From Verrucomicrobium spinosum (GTDB taxonomy: Bacteria > Verrucomicrobiota > Verrucomicrobiia > JADLBR01 > JAIBCM01): 64,000 bases of DNA. The translations under genes were made by a program, and so were the position numbers. The notes beneath the pieces were generated by a model that had not been told where the DNA came from, did not search any database, and worked only from the letters and a program-made list of their open reading frames with translations. Below, in pieces: positions 56,556 to 64,000 of this stretch; position 1 is the stretch's first letter; every line of letters starts with the position of its first letter. Where the stretch lies: positions 4,781-68,780 of the forward strand of contig DYRQ01000002.1 of the NCBI GenBank assembly GCA_020718645.1. The letters are read 5' to 3'.

Positions 56556-57023
56556 TCAGTTGGCTTTCTTGTCGGAGCGCGAGGTCATGGCCAGCTTGGT
56601 GTCAGCGGGTGTTTCGGGGGCAGGGATGACCGTGAGCGTGATCTCGCACAGCCCGCTTTTTTCAAACCCCAACTCTCGTGCGGCAGCCAGCGAAAGGTCG
56701 AGGATACGATTCTTGCGAAATGGCCCGCGGTTATTGATCCGCACCTGCACGCTTTGTCCTGTGGCGACATTGGTGACTTGCACCCAAGTATTGAAAGGAA
56801 GTTTTTTATGAGCAGCGGTCATAGACCATTTGTTGTAGCGCTCGCCGTTGGCCGTCTTGCGCCCGTGCCACTTGCCTCCATACCATGAGGCTATGCCTTT
56901 TTCCGAGTAGGTTGGCGCAGCGGCGGCGGGTGGGGCGGATGTCCCTGATACGGGCTTGGAGCACGCGCAGCCAGCCAGTGCCACAAGAGCAACCAACAGT
57001 GTGATCAGATTCAGAGGTTTCAT
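56556..57023 (-). CDS. rlpA: RlpA-like septal ring lytic transglycosylase (DPBB domain) lipoprotein
   Basis: It has a lipoprotein signal (LVALAGCA) and a double-psi beta-barrel (VQVTNVATGQSVQVRINNRGPF). Confidence 0.8.
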   Translation of the reverse strand: MKPLNLITLLVALVALAGCACSKPVSGTSAPPAAAAPTYSEKGIASWYGGKWHGRKTANGERYNKWSMTAAHKKLPFNTWVQVTNVATGQSVQVRINNRGPFRKNRILDLSLAAARELGFEKSGLCEITLTVIPAPETPADTKLAMTSRSDKKAN

Positions 57024-57087
57024 TATTTCTATGTGCAGCGTCTAGCGCAGAGATGGGGTGCGACCAAAGACTTTTTTCAGACTGCGT

Positions 57088-57711
57088 TCACACAGCCTGT
57101 TTTGCGGCTAGGATATAGTCGCGCAGTTTGGCGTGATCTTTTTTGCCAGGAGAAAGCTCCAGACCGCTGCTGGCATCCACGGCGAAAGGTTTTACAGCGG
57201 CGATGGCCTGGGCAACATTATCTGGACCCAAGCCACCAGCCAAGATGATCGGGCGCGGGGAATCGGCGCGGATGGCCGCGGCTACCTGCCAATCACAGGT
57301 GCGGCCTGTGCCACCGTAATTCGTGCCAGGCGTGTCCAACAAATAGGCGTCGCATCCCCACTTAGCCAAATCAGCTCCTGCGATGAAAGAGGAGGGACGC
57401 AGTGCCTTGATGATACGAGACGGAGCCAGTGCCGCGACATGGGCTTGTGGCTCGTCCCCGTGGAGTTGGTAGGCATCGGCCAAGCCGAGCGCACGCCAGC
57501 GGCGAATGTCATCGAGAGGGGCGTTGACCGAGACGGCCACCCGTGTCACCAGCGGTGGCAGGGCTCGGATCCATGCGCTATTTTTTTCGAGATCAATGAA
57601 CCGTGGGCTTTTGGCGTGTGTGATAAAGCCGAGAGCGTCTGCACCCGCGGCGATCGCTGCTAGGGCGTCGGCTTCGTTGGTGATACCACAGACTTTGATT
57701 CGCACACTCAC
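57088..57711 (-). CDS. trpF: Phosphoribosylanthranilate isomerase
   Basis: It begins MSVRIKVCGITNEADALAAIAAGADALGFI. Confidence 0.9.
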   Translation of the reverse strand: MSVRIKVCGITNEADALAAIAAGADALGFITHAKSPRFIDLEKNSAWIRALPPLVTRVAVSVNAPLDDIRRWRALGLADAYQLHGDEPQAHVAALAPSRIIKALRPSSFIAGADLAKWGCDAYLLDTPGTNYGGTGRTCDWQVAAAIRADSPRPIILAGGLGPDNVAQAIAAVKPFAVDASSGLELSPGKKDHAKLRDYILAAKQAV

Positions 57712-58493
57712 GACTCGTCCCCTCCGCCGATGAGTTCGCGAATGCTGGTTCGCACCGAGCCGCTGCGCATGAGTGTCTCACCGACTAAAATGGCATCAGC
57801 TCCCGCGGCGGCCACGGCCTCGACATCAGCACGGGTTTTAATACCGCTCTCGGAGACAAGCAGGACATCGGGAGGGGCCTCCTCGGCTAGGGAAATGGTA
57901 GTCTCCAAGTTGACTTCGAATGATTGCAGATTGCGATTGTTGATCCCGATCAGGTCAGCTCCGAGATCAAGCGCAGCATCCATCTCGCGCAAGTTGTGGG
58001 TCTCGACCAGCACATCGAGCTGGAAATCTTTGGCCTCGTTGTAGAGGTCACGCAGGAGGTCGGCGTCAAGCCCGGCTACGATGAGGAGGAGACAGTCGGC
58101 ACCCGAGAGTATCGTCTCGTAGATTTGGTTGCGGTGGACAATAAAATCTTTGCGGAGCACAGGCAGTTTGATCTGTTCCCGCCCTTGCTTGAGATCCATG
58201 AGATGGCCTTGGAAATATTTTTCATCGGTCAGGATCGAGAGGCAGTGCGCACCGCCGAACTCGTATTCCCTCGACTGTTGCACCGGGTTAAAGTCGGGGC
58301 AGATCACCCCGGCAGAAGGCGAGGCTTTTTTTACCTCCGCGATGAGGGAGACGCCTTCGCCTGTGAGAGCCTGGCGGAAGCCGCGATAATCATCGCGCCT
58401 GAGTGCTGCTTTGCGCATTTCGGTAGCATGGGGTTCGAGGCGGGCTATTTCCTCGCGTTTCCATGCCATGATCTCATCCAGCTTGTTGCTCAT
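57708..58493 (-). CDS. trpC: Indole-3-glycerol phosphate synthase
   Basis: From ATG 58493 the protein starts MSNKLDEIMAWKREEIA and continues LIAEVKKASPSAG...LRKDFIV...IGINNRNL. It overlaps trpF by 4 nt. Confidence 0.9.
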   Translation of the reverse strand: MSNKLDEIMAWKREEIARLEPHATEMRKAALRRDDYRGFRQALTGEGVSLIAEVKKASPSAGVICPDFNPVQQSREYEFGGAHCLSILTDEKYFQGHLMDLKQGREQIKLPVLRKDFIVHRNQIYETILSGADCLLLIVAGLDADLLRDLYNEAKDFQLDVLVETHNLREMDAALDLGADLIGINNRNLQSFEVNLETTISLAEEAPPDVLLVSESGIKTRADVEAVAAAGADAILVGETLMRSGSVRTSIRELIGGGDES

Positions 58494-58592
58494 AGGCGCA
58501 CGATGGGCGTTGATCCGATTTTTTTCAAGGTTCCAAAGCACGGGATGCTGTTTTGGTTTGCGGCAGAGAGGTTGGGAGGGCAAGATGGGAGT

Positions 58593-59123
58593 ATGTCTTG
58601 GAGAATGGAACCTGCTGCGACTGGAGTGTTGGTGGTGGATGTGCAAGAGCGCTTGCTGCCCGCTATTTTCAAATCCTCCTTCGTAGCTCGGCAATGTGCA
58701 AGGTTGGTGGAGGCCGCCCGTTTTTTCGCCATGCCGCTCTGGGTTACCGAGCAATTGCCCGAAAAACTCGGACACACGGTTACTGTGGTTGCAGAGGCGG
58801 TCGGCGATGTCGTCCCGCTTACAAAAAGTTCTTTTTCCTCCTCGCCCGTGTTGTGCGATCCGCTGCCTGAGACTATGATACTCTGTGGCATTGAGACTCA
58901 TGTCTGCGTGCGGCAGACAGCTCGTGACCTGCTCCAGCGCGGGGTCAGACCTGTGCTGGCTGCCGATGCTTGTGGCTCGCGCCGCCCGGAGGACAAGAGT
59001 GTTGCGCTGGATGAGTTCCGACAACTCGGCTTCCGTGTGGGCACGGTGGAGTCTCTGGTATTTGAGATGCTCGGCGATGCGGATCATCCCCGATTCCGCG
59101 AATTTCTAAAAATTGTGAAATGA
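58593..59123 (+). CDS. Isochorismatase-family cysteine hydrolase
   Basis: From ATG 58593 the protein starts MSWRMEPAATGVLVVDVQERL and contains ...CGIETHVCVRQTARDLL. There is a GGGAGGG Shine-Dalgarno-like sequence upstream. Confidence 0.8.
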   Translation: MSWRMEPAATGVLVVDVQERLLPAIFKSSFVARQCARLVEAARFFAMPLWVTEQLPEKLGHTVTVVAEAVGDVVPLTKSSFSSSPVLCDPLPETMILCGIETHVCVRQTARDLLQRGVRPVLAADACGSRRPEDKSVALDEFRQLGFRVGTVESLVFEMLGDADHPRFREFLKIVK

Positions 59124-59887
59124 AAGCCAGCACCGCCACTCTCGATAAACTGGTTACCTGGTGTGATAACACCCTGCGCATCGCCGAAATCACCGATTTC
59201 CCTGGTGCAAAAAACGGGTTGCAAGTGCAGAACTCTGGCAAGGTGACCCGCATCGCCGCAGCCGTGGATGCCAACTGGCCCGTGCTCCGCGCCGCTGCTG
59301 AACTCGGGGCTGATTTGCTCGTCGTGCATCATGGGTTGTTCTGGTCGGACTTCACCCCAATCACCGGTTCGAACTACGAAAAAATGCGGCTTTGTCTCGA
59401 CGCAGATATGGCTGTTTACAGCTCCCACCTCCCCCTGGATGTGCATCCTGTTTATGGTAATAACGCGCTGTTGTGCCGCGCGCTGAGACTGGGACGCACC
59501 GCTCCTTTTTTTTATGAAAAAGGCGAGGCGATAGGGCGCCGGGCTTCGGTGGAAATCTCTCTCGAAGAACTAGCTCATCGCGTCGAATTAGCGGTGGGTG
59601 GGTCGGTGCATACCATCGCTGCTGGACCTGCTCGGGTAGGGCAGGTGGGCGTCGTGACGGGTGGGGCAGGGAATCAGATCGCCCGTGCTGCTGCGGAGGG
59701 CGTAGATACTTTTATCACCGGTGAAGCTAACCACTGGGTCTTCGGTGCGGCGCATGATCTCGGTGTGAACCTGATTCTTGCGGGGCATTATGCTACTGAG
59801 ACTTTTGGCGTGCGTGCCTTGGCCGCGCACTTGGCTAAGAAATACCGCGTGCCTTGGGATTTTGTAGATGTGCCTTCGGGCCTCTGA
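59120..59887 (+). CDS. Nif3-family dinuclear metal centre protein (YqfO/YbgI)
   Basis: The sequence contains LVVHHGLFW and C-terminal His/Glu ligands (GHYATE). Confidence 0.85.
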   Translation: MKASTATLDKLVTWCDNTLRIAEITDFPGAKNGLQVQNSGKVTRIAAAVDANWPVLRAAAELGADLLVVHHGLFWSDFTPITGSNYEKMRLCLDADMAVYSSHLPLDVHPVYGNNALLCRALRLGRTAPFFYEKGEAIGRRASVEISLEELAHRVELAVGGSVHTIAAGPARVGQVGVVTGGAGNQIARAAAEGVDTFITGEANHWVFGAAHDLGVNLILAGHYATETFGVRALAAHLAKKYRVPWDFVDVPSGL

Positions 59888-59893
59888 TACCCC

Positions 59894-60586
59894 ATGTCCC
59901 GCATACATGATATGGCCGAAGAAGACCGACCGCGCGAACGGTTGGCTCGGCATGGTGCATCGGCCATGTCCGAGGCGGAGCTTATCGCCATTCTCTTGCG
60001 CGTAGGAGTGCAGGGTTTATCTGCTGTGCAGGTGGGTCAGGGATTACTGGATAAATTCAGCGGCATCCAAGGTTTGGCGCAGGCCGGCGTGGATGAAATG
60101 GCGTTGGTGAAAGGTGTCGGGCCTGCCAAGGCGGTGCAACTCAAAGCAGCCTTTGAACTCGGTGTGCGCTTCGCACGGCAAGAGCGGCGCGTGCGCGTGA
60201 TTTCGACTCCTGAGCAAGTGGACAAATTGCTGGGCGACGAAATGCGGATGCTCACCGCCGAGAGCGTGAGAGCTATTTTGGTAGATACGCGCTTGCAGCT
60301 CAAAGGGGTGGAAGAAATCTCCAAGGGGCTGCTCAACGAAGCGCTGGTGCGACCGCGCGAATTTTTTGCGGCCGCTATTGCCCGCAAAGCTTACGGCGCA
60401 TTTTTGGTGCACAACCACCCGAGCGGCGACCCCACGCCCAGCCAGGCGGACATCCGTCTGACCCGCGAGATTGCCGAGGCGGGTAAGCTGCTTCAGATTC
60501 CTCTCATTGACCATATCATCGTCGGGCACAAAAGCCCCGCATGCCCCGGCGGATGGTTCAGCTTCAAATCTGCGGGCTACCTGTAA
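59894..60586 (+). CDS. radC: RadC-family JAB/MPN domain protein
   Basis: An N-terminal HhH region is followed by a JAMM motif (HNHPSGDPTPSQAD). Confidence 0.85.
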   Translation: MSRIHDMAEEDRPRERLARHGASAMSEAELIAILLRVGVQGLSAVQVGQGLLDKFSGIQGLAQAGVDEMALVKGVGPAKAVQLKAAFELGVRFARQERRVRVISTPEQVDKLLGDEMRMLTAESVRAILVDTRLQLKGVEEISKGLLNEALVRPREFFAAAIARKAYGAFLVHNHPSGDPTPSQADIRLTREIAEAGKLLQIPLIDHIIVGHKSPACPGGWFSFKSAGYL

Positions 60587-60592
60587 TAACTT

Positions 60593-61402
60593 ATGATACA
60601 TCCCACTGCCGTTATCCACCCCAACGCAAAAATCGGAAAGGGCACCACAGTCGGACCCGCCGCCATCGTGGAGGAGCATGTCGAGATAGGTGATAACTGC
60701 GAGATCCAAGCGCATGCCGTGATTACCGGGCACACTCGCTTGGGTTCGAATAACCGAGTGGGTTATGGGGCCATTATTGGCGGTGAGCCGCAGGATTTGT
60801 CCTTCGACCGCAGCACGGTTTCTTTCGTGGAAATCGGAGACGGCAATGTGTTCCGCGAATATGTGACGGTGCATCGGGGCACCAAACCCGATTCGAAGAC
60901 AGTCGTGGGAAACAACTGTTTCCTGATGGCTGGAGCGCATCTGGCTCATAATGTGCAAGTGGACGACGGGGCTATCTTGGCCAACAATGTGCTCTGCGCA
61001 GGCTATGCGCAAATCGGGGCTCGCTGCTTTATTGGTGGCGGGGCAGTGATCCACCAATTTACACGGATCGGGCGTCTGTCGCTCATGCAGGGACTGGCAG
61101 GCATCAGCAAAGATCTGCCGCCGTTCATGGTGGCTGCAGGGGTCAATACGCTAGCGGGTTTGAATACGGTAGGGCTTCGTAGGGCGGGACTGGATCCAGC
61201 CGCGCGGAAGGCCGTGCGCAAGCTGTATCACGATCTTTTTCTCTCGGAAAATAATCTGAGTCAGGCTCTGGCCTCGCTGGATCGCAGCGCACTGACAACT
61301 GAACAGGCGGAGGTGATCGCCTTTATCGAACAGTGTCGCAAAGGGGTGTTGATGCCAGGGCGACTTGCCTCGCGCCATGGCGGGGATGCAGAGGGTGAGT
61401 AA
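60593..61402 (+). CDS. lpxA: Acyl-ACP--UDP-GlcNAc O-acyltransferase
   Basis: It begins MIHPTAVIHPNAKIGKGTTVGPAAIVEEHVEIGDNCEI, with left-handed beta-helix hexapeptide repeats and a C-terminal helical domain. Confidence 0.9.
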   Translation: MIHPTAVIHPNAKIGKGTTVGPAAIVEEHVEIGDNCEIQAHAVITGHTRLGSNNRVGYGAIIGGEPQDLSFDRSTVSFVEIGDGNVFREYVTVHRGTKPDSKTVVGNNCFLMAGAHLAHNVQVDDGAILANNVLCAGYAQIGARCFIGGGAVIHQFTRIGRLSLMQGLAGISKDLPPFMVAAGVNTLAGLNTVGLRRAGLDPAARKAVRKLYHDLFLSENNLSQALASLDRSALTTEQAEVIAFIEQCRKGVLMPGRLASRHGGDAEGE

Positions 61403-61557
61403 TGCTCGGCTGCAGAGTTCTTCCATGCAGATGGCACCGGTGTCTGTCGCTCGGATTTCGCCTGCACGGTGTCTGGCGGCGACGACCCATTCCCTACCAA
61501 AATGCTACGGCTTGACGCCGGGGCTGGAACCATCTTTTCTTTCTCACTGGGAATCCC

Positions 61558-63084
61558 ATGGTTTCAAAAATCACTAGCGCAACCACTAGCGGGGTAGATG
61601 CCTTGCCGGTGGAAGTCGAAGTCCACACAGGCAGGGGCAACTTCGTCGTCGTCGTGGTCGGTCTCCCGGATGCTGCTGTCAAGGAATCGCGCGACCGTGT
61701 GAAGACTGCGATGGAAAACTCCGGTTTCCGCCACCCGCAAGGGCGCACCACCATTAACCTCGCTCCTGCTGATTTGAAAAAAGAGGGTCCCGCCTTCGAC
61801 CTGCCCATTGCCCTCGGTATCCTCGCCTCCGACGATCAGATCACAGGTTCCCGGTTGTCGGGTTATCTCTGCACCGGCGAACTAGCTCTCGGCGGCGAAG
61901 TCCGTTGCGTGCGCGGGGTATTGTCCATGGCGCTGGAGGCTAAAAAAATGGGGCTGGGCATTATCGTGCCCCGTGACAACGCCCGCGAAGCTGCTGCCGT
62001 CGAGGGTCTCGAAGTGATTCCAGTCGGCTCCTTGCGCGAATGTGTGGAGTGGCTGGAAGCTCGCCGTGAGATTGCACCCTATCATCTCGACACCACTTCT
62101 CTCTTCAATCAAGCCACCACCGATGACAGCGACTTCGCCGAAGTGCGCGGGCAGGAGAGCGTCAAAAAAGCTTTCGAAATCGCGGCTGCCGGTGGCCACA
62201 ATCTCCTGCTAGTCGGCCCTCCCGGCTCGGGCAAATCCATGCTCAGCAAAAGACTCCCTGGCATCCTCCCGGCTCTCGCACTGGACGAGGCTTTGGAGAC
62301 GACGAAAATTCACAGCGTGGCGGGGCTGCTGACCCCGGGACAATCCTTGGTCACACGCCGCCCGTTCCGCAGTGTTCATCACACGGTCTCGGATGTGGGA
62401 TTAGCCGGTGGCGGCAGCAACCCTTCCCCCGGAGAAATCAGCCTCGCCCACAACGGCGTTCTTTTTCTCGACGAGCTACCTGAGTTCAAGCGTTCGGCTC
62501 TCGAGGTCATGCGACAGCCCTTGGAGGACGGTCATGTCACCATCTCCCGTGCCTCGGGCACGATGCGTTACCCCGCCCGGTTCATGTTGGTTGCCGCCAT
62601 GAATCCCACGCCCGACGGTAAGTCCATCCGCGAATCAAAATCCACGCCGAACGAAATCCGCCGCTACTTAGCCAAACTCTCCGCCCCTCTGCTCGACCGT
62701 ATTGATATCCATGTCTCTGTCGAGGCCGTGAAAGTCCACGAATTGACTGGCGCCGAAACCGGCGAAAGCTCCGCCACGGTGCGGGCCAGAGTCGAAGCTG
62801 CCCGCGCCCTGCAAACAGCCCGCTTCCGAGCAGCCAAGAAAAAAACCTCCTGCAACGCGCACATGAGCGGACGGGAAATCCGCCAGTTTTGCGCCTTGGA
62901 TGAAGCAGGGACCTCCATTTTCAAACATGCCCTCCACGACACGGGTATCTCCGCCCGCGCCCATGACAAAATCCTGAAAGTCGCTCGCACGATAGCCGAC
63001 CTCGACGGCGCTCCTACCATCAGCGAAAACCATCTTCTCTTGGCCATCAGCTTCCGCGAACTAGACCGTCAGCTCTGGGGCTGA
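61558..63084 (+). CDS. comM: YifB/ComM family Mg-chelatase-like AAA+ ATPase
   Basis: An N-terminal Lon-like domain is followed by an AAA+ core (GPPGSGKSM) and a C-terminal ChlI domain. Confidence 0.9.
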   Translation: MVSKITSATTSGVDALPVEVEVHTGRGNFVVVVVGLPDAAVKESRDRVKTAMENSGFRHPQGRTTINLAPADLKKEGPAFDLPIALGILASDDQITGSRLSGYLCTGELALGGEVRCVRGVLSMALEAKKMGLGIIVPRDNAREAAAVEGLEVIPVGSLRECVEWLEARREIAPYHLDTTSLFNQATTDDSDFAEVRGQESVKKAFEIAAAGGHNLLLVGPPGSGKSMLSKRLPGILPALALDEALETTKIHSVAGLLTPGQSLVTRRPFRSVHHTVSDVGLAGGGSNPSPGEISLAHNGVLFLDELPEFKRSALEVMRQPLEDGHVTISRASGTMRYPARFMLVAAMNPTPDGKSIRESKSTPNEIRRYLAKLSAPLLDRIDIHVSVEAVKVHELTGAETGESSATVRARVEAARALQTARFRAAKKKTSCNAHMSGREIRQFCALDEAGTSIFKHALHDTGISARAHDKILKVARTIADLDGAPTISENHLLLAISFRELDRQLWG

Positions 63085-63123
63085 ATTAACCACTTGACAT
63101 CTACTGAAACCAAAACACACACA

Positions 63124-64000
63124 TTATTGTATTATGCATATTATACGAAAATTTTTTGCCCTACATTTTTTTACCATTATGGTGGCTCAGTTCTCTCATG
63201 AATTAGCAAGAGCAGAAAACAATTCGTCTCATATTGAAACTAATGCACAAGCATCCTCAAATATCACAGCTACAGAATATACAACTTCCAAATCTACATT
63301 AAAACCATCTCTTTTTGTGGACAGCGAAATTAGTTTGGTAACTATAACAGGAAAGTCGTATGACAAAGCTGTAATTAAGGAAATTGGAATAGATTATATA
63401 AAACTTATGCACTCTTCAGGTATTGCGAAAATACCCAAAAGAGACATACCTGATGACATTATAAATATGTTAGGTCCATGCACAACAAAGGCTGTTGTGC
63501 AAAATACTCAAACTATCGCAGTTAGCGCGGATCAAAGTGAACTTATCAAACAACAGGCGACTAACTTAAATATAACTCAACCTACACAACAACAGGAGCA
63601 AGTTTTAATAACTTCAAGTGGTTATAAATTCTTTTTAAATGATTTAATCAGTAGAAGTGGACAGATGACATCACATGCTAATGCAGCAAAAGGATACATG
63701 TATGCTACAGGTCCTTTAAAGGGAAAGACACAAGGAGAAGGGGAGGTGTATGCAAGGGGGTTGTGGGATAAAATGAACTACAATGAACAACTAGAGTGGC
63801 AAACCAAGGCTAACTTTTACAGCAAGGGCAGAAGTCAAAAAGTAAGCGCAGAAATTACTGCTCCTACTGCGGCTGGTTTTAACTTTTATTATAAAGACTT
63901 AGTTGATCGAAGTGGCCAGATGGCAGGGCATGAAGGAAATGCCAAAGGTGCAGTATATTCTACCGGCCCTTTGAAAGGAAAGACTCGCGGAGGAGCTCAG
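63124..64000 (+). CDS. Partial CDS running off the window end. AT-rich gene for a secreted protein with tandem repeat modules of about 75 aa, unknown family.
   Basis: It is not in the ORF track because it has no in-window stop. The manual translation is MHIIRKFFALHFFTIMVAQFSHELARA... and it contains two near-identical modules: FLNDLISRSGQMTSHANAAKGYMYATGPLKGKTQGEG and YKDLVDRSGQMAGHEGNAKGAVYSTGPLKGKTRGGAQ. Local GC content is far below the window average. Confidence 0.5.

Noticed and set aside
57924-58592. 223-codon N-terminal extension of the forward-strand ORF 57924-59123
   Set aside because: It is antisense to trpC. The isochorismatase-family domain begins at the internal ATG 58593, which has an upstream Shine-Dalgarno-like GGGAGGG.
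58494-59087. 198-codon N-terminal extension of the 459-aa reverse-strand ORF containing trpC
   Set aside because: The extension has no similarity to TrpC, and real TrpC proteins start at the MSNKLDEI-type N-terminus found at ATG 58493. The extension is antisense to the isochorismatase gene.
1-64000. CRISPR arrays, rRNA, tRNA, transposases and integrases
   Set aside because: No short direct-repeat/spacer arrays were found. No sequences resembling the rRNA or tRNA acceptor/TΨC conserved cores were seen in the intergenic gaps, most of which are under 60 nt. No transposase- or integrase-like translation was found in any frame.

Overview
This is a GC-rich (roughly 60% by eye) bacterial chromosomal segment, densely packed with mostly short-spaced or overlapping genes. 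Most of it is housekeeping.

- **Core metabolism and information processing:** metH, ligA, recA, leuS, pyrR-pyrB-pyrC, trpC-trpF, pdxJ, acpS, hpt, mutY, rnhC (RNase HIII), ftsY, trmB, rsmI, radC and comM.
- **Lipid A / LPS-core genes:** kdsB, gmhB, a heptose-7-phosphate kinase, lpxB, an lpxI-type hydrolase and lpxA.
- **Transport:** an Fe(III)-type ABC importer, a HlyD/FtsX/ABC tripartite efflux system, a DAACS symporter, an AI-2E transporter and a YeiH-like exporter with its divergent LysR regulator.

Several things stand out against this background.

1. A signalling cluster holds a divergent DUF134 (UPF0251) DNA-binding protein paired with a C_GCAxxG_C_C–NifX-like fusion that carries a His-rich tail. 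It sits next to a GAF/HD-GYP phosphodiesterase and an FHA-sigma54 activator that appears to lack a DNA-binding domain.
2. A two-gene operon encodes a cNMP-binding/FHA fusion followed by an orphan LarC (nickel-pincer cofactor insertase). It is convergent with a DUF3365 heme-c lipoprotein, a 50-aa CxxC membrane ORF and a split YeeE/YedE pair.
3. Two AT-rich islands (about 26.07–29.5 kb, and 63.09 kb to the window end) encode secreted repeat proteins of unknown family, apparently foreign to the host composition.
4. A roughly 375-nt gene-free gap separates the heptose kinase from the efflux operon.
5. A Gfo/Idh/MocA oxidoreductase lies between lpxB and lpxI, in the position expected for GnnA.

I recognised no rRNA, tRNA, CRISPR array or transposase. 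All calls come from reading the translations; no database search was possible.
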